Shown here piece by piece: positions 1 to 12,687 of a stretch of 64,000 nt of DNA; position 1 is the first letter of the stretch, and each line of letters begins with the position of its first letter. Both the position numbers and the translations under genes were made by a program. This DNA comes from Neodothiora populina (taxonomy: Eukaryota). The notes beneath the pieces are model-generated. The model did no database searches. It saw only the letters and a program-made list of their open reading frames with translations, and was not told the DNA's origin. The stretch is from positions 310,001 to 374,000 of the forward strand of contig NW_027191409.1 of the NCBI RefSeq assembly GCF_041146345.1, written 5' to 3'.

Positions 1-433
1 TGCTCATCCTTTGAGTACCGGCGCAGAGCAGTTTTCGAGACAAACAGCCTGACTTGTGTATTGGTTCGACGGGCATCCAGGAGATCGATAATGTTCACAT
101 TGACCTCGTTTAATTCCTATAGCTAGACATAAGATGGAGGTCCTGACATTGTTTCGTCAGGACTCTTGCCTTCTTGCATTGCGTGATCGATTTTGGGACA
201 GGTCGTATGCTGACTTCGCGACACAGGTTTTGCCAGCGCTCTAGCTTGGTGAATTCAACACCATAGTGATGCTGGAACTCTAGATTTAGACAAGCATTTC
301 GCCTTTTATGACATGCCTTCGAGTTCAACTTCCAACCTCTTTGTCGACCTAGTCTTTCAAACTCCTCGAGTATAGGGGCATTGGCATTATGTATGAAATC
401 TGGAAATTGGCTAAAATAGCTGCTGGCGGTCAT
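1..433 (-). CDS. Conserved-type fungal hypothetical protein, 3' end runs off the window
   Basis: ATG at 433. Exon 1 reads ...KLERWQNLCREVSIRPVPKSITQCKK. An inferred GC-AG intron at 169-117 joins it in frame to ELNEVNVNIIDLLDARRT..., which stays open to position 1. Confidence 0.65.
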
Positions 434-1197
434 ATTTCAGGAGGGGTCGGGAAACATGATGATACCTGGCTTTGGGGGAGTTTCACGACTTATTTGATTC
501 ATTTGCAGGTACTCAAGATTATCTGGTCAGCAGAATTTGTTGGGTCTTCATGCATCGTTCTGGCTTGTTGACTGATAAGGACCTGTTTTGATGCCGTGGC
601 TCGCATAACTACCTAGATCTACGAAGGCTTGTACACCGAACATTCGACGCACATCTCACCTGTCTCAATGTAAAGAATATCGGCGGCTAATTGTTAGTGT
701 CTCGCTACCAGCGCGGTGTCAACCATAGGGTGTATCCTCCCTTGAGAGTCTGTCAGGCGAGTCCGGATGTGTTTGATTATCTGATTATGCACCAATGACG
801 CAGCGGATATTACGTGGCTCCAGCAAACGCATATCCCAGCCTGAATAGGTTGCTACCTAGAACTGATAGAGCTGAGCCACGACTGGCTGGTGATCAAATT
901 GGTCCAACAAGTAGGGTAGTCAATCTGTCAACCTTACAAATCACTGAGCTCGTGTCTCCTTCGAAACTCTATGTCCCACCTTTGATTAGCACAGATTTTG
1001 ATACCTGACTAATTGGTTGATAGAACACCATCCTCCTGGCAAGAATATCGTGGCCTCGACATTGCTACAAGGATTCTTCTGGGACATGATATGTCTCTGT
1101 ATTGTTCCTCGCTATCTCCTAAACCCATAGAAAAACCCTGGGACGAGGTTCGATAGGATTAGCTAGTCAAGTTACAACTGTTGTTCAGGTGGTTCAT

Positions 1198-2704
1198 TCA
1201 AGACGAACTTTTCGCCACAGTCTCCTTCCTGCGCCCCGACAACATCCTCTGGATTCCGATAGGTGCTTTACTCTGCTTCTGAAATTCCTCCGCAACACGT
1301 GTCAATTGTGACTTTACAAGAACAATCCGAGGGAAAACGGGTTTCTCTGAATCTGTCTCAACTTTGATGATTCCTGGGAACAGGGAAAGCACTACTGCTT
1401 TGTCGGAATCTTCTGTTTCAATTGCTCGCATGTCATCGGTATTGCGCAACTCCGCTGACGCAGAGGAACCAAAAGCTGTCCATATCTTTGACTCGGCCGC
1501 GGGAGATCCAGCTTCAAACATAACAGCACTTCTTTGCACTTCTCGCCAGAGTTCCACGACGTTGCCTGTGAGTAATTTTATGTCGGTCATGTACTCCTTC
1601 CACTTATCTTGCACTATGAGCAGGTGCGCGAACGCGTGAAATTCCTTTTCGGCAGTCATTTGCGCTGCAAGCCCTTGTTTATCTTGACTATCAGGGGCGC
1701 TGAATCGTAGCAGCAATGCACGGCAGAGTGATGCAGCTTTGTCGTCTTCGAAGGCTTGATCAACAAGCAATTTAGAAAGGTTAGTATTCCCTCCGATAAC
1801 GTAAGTTGACAATAGAATATGCTTAGAGAGCAATTTACTCAGGATAGCGAGAGCGATAGCCATTCTCATATCCTTCGCGGCATCAGAGTTTGAGGCCGGA
1901 ACAGGGGGGATGGGGTCGTCTATGTGCTTTTGTGCTTCAGCAACCCAATCACTCTGTTTCTGAGTCATGTCAGCTTCATTGACCATACTCTTGCTTTGAA
2001 AAGTTATTCACATGCCTCCAGAACATTGGGCAATACATTGACTCGGAAATATTTGTTTGCAAAGGTGACAGCATCTTGCCACACTGACTCTAAATGTCTA
2101 TGACTTTCGAAAATCAGTAAACTGGTAGGTTTGGGGCTCTTAGCGTGACTCACAGCGATTGGGTATCGATATTGATAAGTTTCGACCCATATGATTGCCA
2201 TTCCTGAAGCTCTTGCATAGTATCTTGCAGCCTCATAGTCACATCCCTACTTTCACTTCCTTTCGCGAACAAGTCCTTTTCCAATTTCGCAGACTTGTTT
2301 TCCTCTTGCTCCAAGGCTTCACTCGTACTGGCCAGTCTCTGGTTGAGATCTTGGATTTCCTTCTGGAGGTCGATTTCTCTCTGGTTCTGGGTGTCCAGCT
2401 TTTTGGTGGAGTTGGTGACTTCTTCCTGCAACCTTTTCTGTATCGCTTGCAATTTTGCCTTCTCTCCCTCCACCTCTTTACAGTGATTTGTGTGGGAACG
2501 GAGAAGGCGATCATAACCTATGTCCTTGCTCTCGCATTGCTTGCTCATTACATTTAGTCGATGCTGGGTTTCTACCAGCTCTTTCGCCGTAGTCTCGGCC
2601 TCTGTGTAGAACGGCATGTGCTTGCTGCAGACTGCCATAGCGTCATACAGCTTACGGAAGGCACCATTTGGATCACTTGGGATACCATTGGTGGCTGTGC
2701 TCAT
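1198..2704 (-). CDS. Hypothetical coiled-coil protein
   Basis: ORFs 2150-2827 (heptad-rich, E/K/Q/L), 2004-2201 and 1198-1986 join in frame via introns 2153-2098 (GTGAGT..TAG) and 2015-1960 (GCATGT..GCTGAC..CAG). An alternative GT donor exists at 2036. Start could be 2704 or 2716. Confidence 0.7.
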
Positions 2705-4021
2705 CTTGCCAGACATGTTTAGTAAGGAAATCGAGGATGATATAACAAAATGTAATATCGTTAGAAGCAAAGAGACGAGATTCACAGCCTCGATGTAAAT
2801 ATATATATATGTTGGTCGGGAATACATTCATAACCGACGCGGCTGATCTTGACGGACTCACACACCCTCAAGTTCGTATGCTGATACACATCAACCCACC
2901 TCCTTCAATAGCATCTGGTGATGTTGCGAACATGAGGCTTGCCAGCACGACAAAATGGCGTTTTTCATATCAAGAAATGCAAGCCTGACTCGAACATGAG
3001 CAATCAAGTCTCGGATCCATGGGTCTGTTGGCCTCAACAATACTGCTCAGGCAGGCTGAATGCGTACCCTTGGACGATGATTTCATGCAGCGAATGACCA
3101 TGAAATTCACGGTATCGTACCTTTTCCGTCAAGGCTGCTCTGAGATACTTCTGGACCTTGATAGACATACGCTGCGCAGTACCTCATCATTTTGACAGCG
3201 AAGCAATGCAACTCATGCACGCTACGATCAAAATGTGTTGGAGCAGGTAGCCGATCATGGTGAGCTTGAACAAGTAGATCAATTGTAGCCTGTCTTTGGT
3301 GGGGTTCACACATGAGGACTGGTCGACTCGAATTCGAAGATCTCTCTGGAGCACCCATCGTATTGGAGCATCGGACCAGGAAGCTCAGTAATTATGCTCA
3401 CACCAGTATACTTGGGCAGGAATTCTCAACGAGTCTCGCCTCGTTATGCCATGAAGTGATGTGCAGCGTGTCTGCAGATACGCCTTCTGCATAGCATTGG
3501 AGCTCGCATGTCACTGCCGTCGAATCAGGCCTCGTCGTTATCTTCAAGTATGGATTAATGGTTCCATAGATTTCTAGTCACCACTTATATATGATACATA
3601 CAGCAAAGTCAGTCGCATAGCCTCAACGCTGTCTCGAGACCTCGAAGTCCTATATCTCGGATCTAATTGATTTTACATGTTCAGTGCGGGGTATCGGTAT
3701 CACTTATCCGACCCTCTCTCGCTAGATCATAAATGGAGATGTGGAGTCGCCATCTTCACCTATCATCCTCCGCTACGTGGTGGTCCACACGCCTCAGTCA
3801 ATCGATGGACCATCAGCACCACCAAAAGTACTTTAAGGTAGCAAGTCAACAACGCAACATATTGTCTACAACCAGCCACATTGTGAGCAGGCGTTTTTTT
3901 ACAGACCTGTATCGCACTTTCCTCCTAGGTGAGCTGACGTCCCGCAGAAGCTTCCGTCTGTCAGCGGGTCCACAATATTGCCTGTCCACGTATCACATGT
4001 CTTCACATTTTCAATATTCGC

Positions 4022-5803
4022 TTAATTGATGCGCATCCATAACTCTTCGCAATTCTCGGCAGAGAAGTGATCGACCCAGGGGAAGACTTTGAGTGTCTTC
4101 TCAATGGCCTCCTTCCGCTCCAATCCGAGGGCTTTTACTACCTGCCTCAGCTTGGTCTCGAAGAAATCGACTCCATGAAACGGAGGCATCGGTTCGAAGA
4201 TTTGGTTTTTGCACTCGATCCTTGATAGGCTCCACGCCACAAAGAGGACCCAGAGTAGACATTCCAGCTTAGTTTGAGACTCGGTTGTCCACCATTCGAT
4301 CAAGTCCGGCCATCTGCGAAGGCCTTTGTGAAGTCGATTCAAACCACGTTCGGACACTCGTTTCATTAGCGGACCATAGTTGACCTTCACTCGTACCTGC
4401 TCAGGGATGAACTCTGGGAACAATCAGCATTTGTAACGTGACCTGCCCAATCAACTGGAACTCACCAGGCACGCATGTCCATGCATAGAGTCTCATAGTC
4501 AACAGAATTGCCTGCGCTGCCGAGAAAGGGTGTTTCGTTCCTTCAGCCACTAAGACGCAGAGACGATATATGTACTGATAGTGCAGGTCTTGAATCGTCC
4601 ACAGCGCATCCTTGTGAGGTTCTACAACGTGTTCCCTGCTCGTGTAGGCGAGACCTGCCATGTGGAGCCCATGCATTTGGGTTTTCGCCTCATCCCCGGT
4701 CAAAGCCGCTGGCATCATGGCCATGGTTTTCTCTGTGCTATCATCCGCTTCTCTGAGTAGGCATGTGGACAGAAGAGATTGGGGATCTCTTCGCTCAGGG
4801 CAGTAAGTAAGGAAAGGAGCTTGAAGCAAGGTTGAAGCCAAGCGGATATCAGTCCAAACTACACAACGCCTTTGGATGTCTCGGAAGCTTGAAACCCCTA
4901 AATACTGGAATAGCTTTTGGACCGCTCTCATGTGGGTATTGGCGGCAACATGTTCACCTTCCGCTAGATGTATCCTCACCAGGCAAGATATCAGCATCAT
5001 AAGCGAGTCGTCCACGCCTTCTGGATCTGTCCACCAAGGGATTAGTCCAACCGACCACGTACTGTAATCGAAGCAAAAGGGATCAAGGCTCATGAGGGCT
5101 TGTATGTACCTGAAAGACGTTCGCGGATATAACGCGTCATTCGTATTTCTTGAGAAGGCAACATGGACCTATCGTAGCGGCCTGTCACCTTGACTCGCCT
5201 CGCATAGCCAATACACAACACGGTGAAGAAGATCCCTTCGTCGGTCATAGCAGCATTCCAGAGGTCTTGCGTATAAATCTTGTCATATATCTGCAGCCAT
5301 GCTACACCAAGCTCCCAATTACTAGGATCAAGATCACGACACCGATACCAACTCAGAAGTTCATTCTGGTCAGAGGTAGCATGTTCAATGACTTTCCCTC
5401 GTATGGGTGGCATGTCTTGTTGATTCGTTTGCTGCGAGGTTGTCCAACCACTGATCGATGGATCAGATGAAGGACGAACTTCCACTGTCGCTGCTACATC
5501 CTTCCCTTGCGGGGCTCTGACAGATCGTTCGATCATGGCGTCTGCTTCGCGATCTTCAGACGACGAGGGTGTTGGGGGACCAGAGAAATATTGATCGCTT
5601 CCCTCGATCTGCCCATCTACCTGACTCTGTGGTGCAACATGCTTCCGATGCCGTCTTGGATCCTTCCCTTGTTGGCGTCGGAAATAGTCTCTCATTACAT
5701 GCTTTCGGACTGCTCTGAGGGACCGCTTCGTTTCCTTGTCTGCTTGCGGGTCGCATGTCACGAATAAGAAGTCCGGTGGGTTTTGTGGAACACTGGGCTC
5801 CAT
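4022..5803 (-). CDS. Putative fungal-specific transcription-factor-like protein lacking a Zn2Cys6 cluster
   Basis: N-terminal FLFV...RAVRKHVMRDY motif typical of this class. Three ORFs join via introns 5109-5027 and 4465-4414 (canonical GT-AG). Confidence 0.6.
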
Positions 5804-6982
5804 GGTGGTGGCGTTGCAGATCTTGATAATCGTACCCGCAACCAACGGACGCTATACTCTGGTCGTTCAACAAGTGAATTAGATCACACTTTACAGTGGG
5901 TTTCTTTGCGAGACTCGCTTCTCCAGATTTTGCTCTGTTTTTGGTCTTATCCAGCTGAACAATGAACTGAGGTGGAGGTTCGCACGGTCCGGACCAAGAA
6001 AAAGAGGTTCCAGTCCAAGTTCATGAGCTCAACCAACACAAAGCGGAATCATATATATGGCCTGCAGATGATGGTACTGCTTGAGTACTGTGCTATGCTG
6101 CACTCAATGGCCCCCGTCCCATACACTTAGATGATGGTCCCCGACGGCCCCGAACTGTCAAATCCTTCCATCAACACATGGGGGATCCTTGTCTTATCGA
6201 CACCTAATGTAAGTGCGTGACTCGACTTTTGACTACGATCGATCTCCATGGATCACAAATACTGGGTTATTGTCTCCGGTTCTACACGATTCGGCCAATG
6301 ACCATGCAAACCACTATCCGCGGTATCGAGTTTTTCGAGGCCGCTACGGCTTAGATCGAACACCTTTCCAAATTCTACTTGTTCTAGGCCAGTAGGTCTA
6401 CCCTACAATACAAACGCAGAGGCAAGATTGACCCCACCTTCTTCAATCGTTTGCAATTCGCGTATATTGCTGAAGTAAGCGTCACCGCGAAAGCCAGGGT
6501 TGTGAGAAGCACATAGATGCTTCCACCTCGCAGCTATTCACTACTGACTGATGGGATTAGAAAGCCAAGGTCGCAAGCGACGTTGCAGATTAATAAAAGA
6601 TGGCGGTGAGTGGCGCTACTACACTAAATGGCAAGATGGCTGCGCAAGCGTAATAGCATATATCGAAGGAAGGATTGCGGATTCGCCCTAGCCTGGTTGG
6701 AGCGTGGACTCCGTCACGGGTGCTGTGTCTAAGGTACGTCTTGTTTCTTCTTTTACCACCCCCAATAATACTCCCTAACCATATCAGCCTGGAGCCCCAT
6801 CTTTGAGCATCCTTGGCTATCCGCTGTCATCTATCTTTGGGATGAAGCCACGTGCTACTGTAGTCTCGATATTTACTCCGGTCTGGCGAATCAGAGTCGT
6901 CTCGCGGGACGGAGAAGGCGCGTAGGGCTACTGTACAAGTACGATCCCGGATTGGGAAGTCTGTACGTCGCATCCCAAACCG

Positions 6983-7006
6983 GTCAGTCAGTCAGTCAGT
7001 CAGTCA
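6983..7006. repeat. (GTCA)6 microsatellite
   Basis: Six perfect GTCA units read directly. Confidence 0.95.
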
Positions 7007-7918
7007 GACTTCAGAACCCTTTCTTGCATAGACGTTGTCTCGGTGATTGCCTGTGTTCTTTCCGATAGTAGCGTGTACCTACTGTGTCTTCTTTCGCGCG
7101 TAACGATAAATTCGATTCCATCCGACACCGCGCGTACATGCTACTGTGCAGGGCATCGCTTGGGAACATAATTCGCTAAATCGCTGCCTACCTTATTTAC
7201 ATCACCAGCCATAGGTCGTGCCACCTATAAGGGTTTATTCTCATTGACTCATCTCGTATATGCTACCATCCTTCGAACCAGCGCGTACTCGACGATCAAC
7301 TCCTTCTCGTCTCCCCATGCTTTCCCCCTCGAACTACACTATGTATACGCTAAGCACGAATAATTGGACGAGAGATGTAGATAGATAGGTGGAATTAGAG
7401 TCCATATTCAGAGACCGAGCCGCGCAGAGAGGACACGTGGGGTGGCTGCAGTAGTTCATGCATCTCGCCTTATTGAGAAGAAAGGGACATTTTAATATTG
7501 TCAAAGAATGCAATATAATGGCAAGCACAGGACATTGGTTCTCGAATGATGGGCCCACGTTTTACGCTCGCGTGCCTTACAGGGCTGTAGGGCTGTATTT
7601 GTCAGGTAATGCGCAATGACTATTGGTATCCTTTGTAATCCTCTTTCTCTGCGTGATGTTCTCCAGAGTGAGGGTAGTAATGTTACATCATTGACTTGAA
7701 GGGAGAGGTCACACGGAGATTTGAAATCATGATGGTTGCGGTGGCGATGCCCTGCATTATCGCCGGGTATAATATATGGAGGCAGACGCTATTTTTGGCC
7801 TCACTCAGACACCCTATTAAGTAATCGAAACGAGAGACTCTCAGTCCCAGACCGGCTGGGTTAGGTACTTTCGCGATCTGTTACTCCCTTCACGCAGAGT
7901 TCTCATAACATCGGCTCC

Positions 7919-8911
7919 TCAGCATTTGTCGGGGCCCTTCGTCGTCGCCTCCCTCAGTTCTTCGATAAAGGGTCCCGTCACCGCACCCTTGACGGTCAGA
8001 CTTACCAAACCCTTGAGTTCTTGCAAGGGCTCCAAGACGGTCTGCACCTCTGACGGGCCACGGGTCTTAGGCTCGCCGGCTTTGATCATGTTCCTTTTCT
8101 CTGCGTCTAGGATGTCGTTCCCGTTCAGTAGCTTGACGTCGAGCCACTTCACTCCTTGCTCGGCTGCGTGCACTTCTGCTTGCTCTTTGTCTTGATTTGC
8201 GGATGCATCTCTGAGTGCTTTGACGAGCTTAGCTACTTGACCTTTCAGGCCGTGAGTCAGACCTTTGCCACCGACGTTATACTTGATCTGGCCAGTGTAT
8301 GAATCGACGTGATCGACCGTGACGGAGAGACGCTTGATCAATCTCAAATACTTCGGAGGCACGAGTTCGAGTAACTCAAAAGTCCTGTTAGGACTCAGAC
8401 CATTCGGTAGAGACCAGCGGAAGCGGAATGTGATGCTATCGTAAGTGACGAAAATGACAAAGGTGCTTTCTCCATACATGAGTTCGGCGCACTCATCGTG
8501 GAACTGTCGGCAGACAGCCAGCAGAGATGTCTGGCCGCGTCGCCAGATGATGCTTTCTTTGGTCGGACCGGGTGGGGGTCCTGCGAGCATCCGCTGGAAC
8601 AGGTCAGGTGTTAGATTTGTATGGGTTGGTGGAACCCGCTTCTGGGTTATTGCTTGGAGCAGATGACGTTTCTCTCTTTGCACAGCAGTGCATGGTAGGA
8701 GATATGAGTATACTTGTTGTCGGAGCTCATACGGCAATCTAACGAAGGGAAATGCTTCTGGCCTGCGAGAAGGTCCGTTCAGTGGGCTTTTCTGCGACAC
8801 CCGTGCTGCTCGAGCAGCTAATATTGACGAGGTCGACACTTCCTCTGACACCTTGGAGGAGGTCTCCTCGGGTTGGAGGTAGTAGTCCCTGCAGTTGTGA
8901 AGACCAGTCAT
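7919..8911 (-). CDS. Hypothetical protein with F-box-like motif
   Basis: Long ORF with FPFVRLPYELRQQVYSYLL and LLAVCRQFHDECAELMYGE motifs. First ATG (MTGLH) at 8911. Confidence 0.75.
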   Translation of the reverse strand: MTGLHNCRDYYLQPEETSSKVSEEVSTSSILAARAARVSQKSPLNGPSRRPEAFPFVRLPYELRQQVYSYLLPCTAVQREKRHLLQAITQKRVPPTHTNLTPDLFQRMLAGPPPGPTKESIIWRRGQTSLLAVCRQFHDECAELMYGESTFVIFVTYDSITFRFRWSLPNGLSPNRTFELLELVPPKYLRLIKRLSVTVDHVDSYTGQIKYNVGGKGLTHGLKGQVAKLVKALRDASANQDKEQAEVHAAEQGVKWLDVKLLNGNDILDAEKRNMIKAGEPKTRGPSEVQTVLEPLQELKGLVSLTVKGAVTGPFIEELREATTKGPDKC

Positions 8912-9484
8912 TTTGGGGTATGTGAATGACAGGATGGCGCGATTCAAGTCACACAGATGGTGCCTGGATCGGAGATAATATACAAAGTGCGGCGGTTCCA
9001 AATGAAGGTTTGGGCAACAGCGGAGTTGGATGGGGAACCTCGTCTGTGCTTTGCAGCTGTACCTGCCCTGTATCTTGGTCTTGGCACATAGTCACTCCTG
9101 CTAAGGTAAGGTAAGCTACGCTACTGTACCTTATCATCCCGACAGCTGGTATCACTTGGCCTCCTTTTCTTGTTTGTATACACACATCACCATGTTAACA
9201 GCACACTGTCGCCCGAGTGCTTGTGCCTTCGCGACTCGTTGTTCTTTCAATCGTGTGTCATGTTTCTACGGTAATCTTACAGCAGGGGCTGCGTCCCTCT
9301 GACGTTCTGTTCCTGGTGGAGACTGATTAATTCCCGCGCATATGCTATATGCAATTGACGAAAGCCCAAGTTTAATCAATACCAATAGAGCACTCGCGTT
9401 CTCTTCTGCTTACCCTCAATACCACAGTCATTCAGAGAGCGGGAAGCTCAGCACAATCTTCGACCCAGCATTGGTCTTGCTGCA

Positions 9485-10570
9485 ATGCCTACCTGCATAG
9501 AAGACCTCGCCAACGAGACACTAGAGCAGGTGTTCCTGTCTGTATCTAGTGTATCGGCTGCACTCGACCTATCAGCTACTTGCCATCGCTTGCGTCGGGT
9601 GTACCTGTCTTCGAGCAAGCTCTCGATCCTCGAGCAAGCGGCTGAGAAGGAATACGGTCCTATCAATGAGATCATTCAGCTTGTTACGCATAACGCATCC
9701 CAGCCAGCACACATTCGTCGCCACGTGCCGCTATCTGACGCACTTCTACACTCCATCGTCCGAGCTGGACACGTGGCTGTCAAATGGGAGGACAGCTATG
9801 TCTTCAAGAAGTGGAAAATGGACTTCGAGAACAGACGAACTCTGACCGATGAAGAACGTTTCGACCTTCGGAAGGCCGTGTATCGTCTCTGGCTCTTTTC
9901 TCGAGCCTTCCATAACTCTCGCTACTCACGTCTCCATCGACTCACGCCTTCGGCAACGTACGAGCGAGCTGCCCTGCTGCACAACTTCAATACCTTCGAT
10001 CTCGCGCAGATGCTGGATGTTCATGACATCCTACGCAGCACTGTTAGCCGGAACATCTGTCCGAGCAACGGCATCGTGCGCACAAAGTTTCAGAAGCGTT
10101 CCCCCCAAACAAACTACCAGCTCTTGTTCAGTCCACTTTATACCACTGCACAGGCTCCGACATGGCTCGAATCGGACTACTATCACAGCAATCTCAACGG
10201 TGGTGACAGACGGTCATATACAAAGTACACGCCAAGCCGTAACCACGAGCCAGGTGGTGAAGGTTGGGGCGATGAGATTATGCACTACTATGTCATTGAA
10301 GACATGCTGAAGCTTGATCCGGAGCAGATGCTGTGGCTCAAGGAGAACGCGCCGTTCAAGCATCAAGTCGAGACATATGTCAAGGAGCTAGGCGACTGGT
10401 TTGACAACAACGGCGAAACATTCGTCCAAACGCTGCAGCTCGTACTACAGCAAAGGGGTGAAGACTGGGAAGACTTCCGAACCTCGATTGCAGATGGAGA
10501 ATCGGGCGTGGCGCTCACGAAACGAAGAGACAGCGTTGTGTACAACAAGGAAGAGCGAGAAAGACAGTAA
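9485..10570 (+). CDS. F-box domain protein
   Basis: 361-aa intronless ORF with N-terminal IEDLANETLEQVFLSV...LSATCHRLRRV F-box-like motif. Confidence 0.8.
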   Translation: MPTCIEDLANETLEQVFLSVSSVSAALDLSATCHRLRRVYLSSSKLSILEQAAEKEYGPINEIIQLVTHNASQPAHIRRHVPLSDALLHSIVRAGHVAVKWEDSYVFKKWKMDFENRRTLTDEERFDLRKAVYRLWLFSRAFHNSRYSRLHRLTPSATYERAALLHNFNTFDLAQMLDVHDILRSTVSRNICPSNGIVRTKFQKRSPQTNYQLLFSPLYTTAQAPTWLESDYYHSNLNGGDRRSYTKYTPSRNHEPGGEGWGDEIMHYYVIEDMLKLDPEQMLWLKENAPFKHQVETYVKELGDWFDNNGETFVQTLQLVLQQRGEDWEDFRTSIADGESGVALTKRRDSVVYNKEERERQ

Positions 10571-10770
10571 GAAGGACGCCGTATGCTTGCTGGCTTGACA
10601 TCCGACCACTAACGGTCGGCCTCGGGACCCTACCCCGGATTTGCGTCGAAATCTCTTACGCGAAAAAAGTCACTAGCAGCATGTCTCTCCGTCGATGAAC
10701 CGAGAAGAAAAAGAAGAAGCATGTTGTTCCCGAAAAAAAGGCGCAGTTTGAAGAAAGATAAGCAAAAACT

Positions 10771-10866
10771 TGACCGCGCCAGGGGTCGAACCTGGAATCT
10801 CTTGATACCGCTCAATCGTAATTGTTTGAATCGTAGTCAAGCGCCTTGCCATTGGGCCACGCGGCC
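10771..10866 (-). tRNA. tRNA-Arg(ACG) with 24-nt intron
   Basis: Minus strand reads GGCCGCGTGGCCCAATGGCAAGGCGCTTGACTACGA-[24 nt]-ATCAAGAGATTCCAGGTTCGACCCCTGGCGCGGTCA. Full cloverleaf, A and B boxes, and a T5 Pol III terminator just downstream. Confidence 0.95.
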
Positions 10867-11534
10867 TGTTTGATGTAGAGACGCACATCTCTTGCTTCAT
10901 TTGTACTTTTGTCACGAAGGTCGTGAGGACAGATGTTGGTCTTCTGGTGATGTTGCAGAAGGGAAACAAGGAGATGAACTTGGACAGTATAAGTATGGCT
11001 CGGGTCAAGATGCTACTGCAGACACTACTGTGCGACCATCTGAGCCATCACAACTCGCAGTGTCATGGTTCATAGTGTTTCGGCTAAACGCGAACAGCTG
11101 AAAGGGAAGAAAATAGCTCGAGCATATATAATCCCAAAAGCTCATATTTCGAATACACGAATGTCTACTCCAGCGCTACCCATCCCATTGCTCCGAGTGT
11201 TAGAATCTTTCTGTCCAGTTCTAACTGATATAATGCACTGTAATATTCCAAGAAACAGTGACTCAAGTAAAACACGGATCTGCATTATAAAGTCATGCTG
11301 GGCAGGATATAAGAATCAATCCAAGCAAGGGATCAAGCGACAGGGGCGGGTCGGGGGAGGAGCCAAGGCCGACACAATGACGTCGAGTTGCGCGTGTCCT
11401 GAATCTCTGCCTCAGGTTGCAACAACGATATTGTTGTCCGCTCAAGGACAAGTCGCAATCCCAACACATGACTCTAACAACAAAGACCTCGACGCCTACA
11501 CCCACCGAAGGAGACGCGGCAAAGACCAAACACG

Positions 11535-12656
11535 ATGCCATCAAAAAGAGGCGGCCGCACGCGCGCACCGCAACACAACCAGCACCAGCAGCACCATCAC
11601 AACCACCATGTCCAACAAACCCTTCAATCCGACTACGACACAGACGTAGCCAACATGACCGACACCAACGCGCCTGTGCAAGCCCAAAGCCCTCTGCCTG
11701 TGCCCGCACGCACAAACGAAGACCTGAACCTGCTCGTCCTGAAACGGCACTGCCCCTCGGTCGTCGACATCTTAACAGTGGCCAACTTCGCCGTGGTCTA
11801 CACCTTCTCGCCCTCATCCAGCCAATGGGAGAAATGCGGCATCGAAGGCACGTTATTCGTCTGCCGCCTCGAGTCCGAGTTCCCGGCGGGCGCAGAAACC
11901 CCCGTCGAGCGCTACAACGTCATCGTGCTGAACCGCAAGGGGCTGGATAATTTCTCGACGGACGTGACGAGCAGCGAGGCGGTGCAGATCACAGACGAGT
12001 ATATCATCGTTGACGACGGCGAGGGCTTGGTGTACGGGCTTTGGATCTTCTCTGAGCCGCCGCCGAGTTCGACTGCTGAGACGAGGCAGAGGACGGCGGA
12101 TATGATTCTGGAGTGTGCGGTCAGGGCCGAGAAGAGTAGGGAGGTTGCTGAGGCTGAGATCAAGGCTGAGCTTGCTGCGAGAGATGTCGCTGCTGCTGCT
12201 TCTGCAGACGCTTATCCTGGTTCTGCTGAGCACCAAAAGCAGCAGTTGCAGCAAGACCCCCACGCCTCCTTCGCTCTAGGCCAGTCACAACAACACATCG
12301 AGAACGGCTACGGCAATGGAAACGGACAAGTGGTGCCCCAAGGCCGACAAGTGGGCATCGAAGAACTGTTCGGACAGCAACACCAACACCAACAACACCC
12401 GAACCAACCATTTCCCTACCCCCGGCAGCATCAGCGGCAGCAGCAGCAGTATCAACAACATCAACATTTCCCGCCTCAATACCAACATCAACAAAACCTA
12501 CTCTCGCAGTTCAACAGTGGTGGTGGACCGCCGCCGCCGAATACCGAAAACAACAATCGCAACAACGGCTTCCACTCGGCAGAGCAGTATAACAACCATA
12601 TGATGGCGCAGCAACAAGCGCAGCAACAACAATTTCGGCATTTGCAGCATCTTCAT

Positions 12657-12687
<31 letters not shown>

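Noticed and set aside
5027..5109. Possible [D1,2] stwintron (G|GTACAT..ACAG|TACGT..CAG)
   Set aside because: The external intron would be only 36 nt and two-step splicing gives the wrong frame. A single 83-nt intron restores LSDPEGVD.
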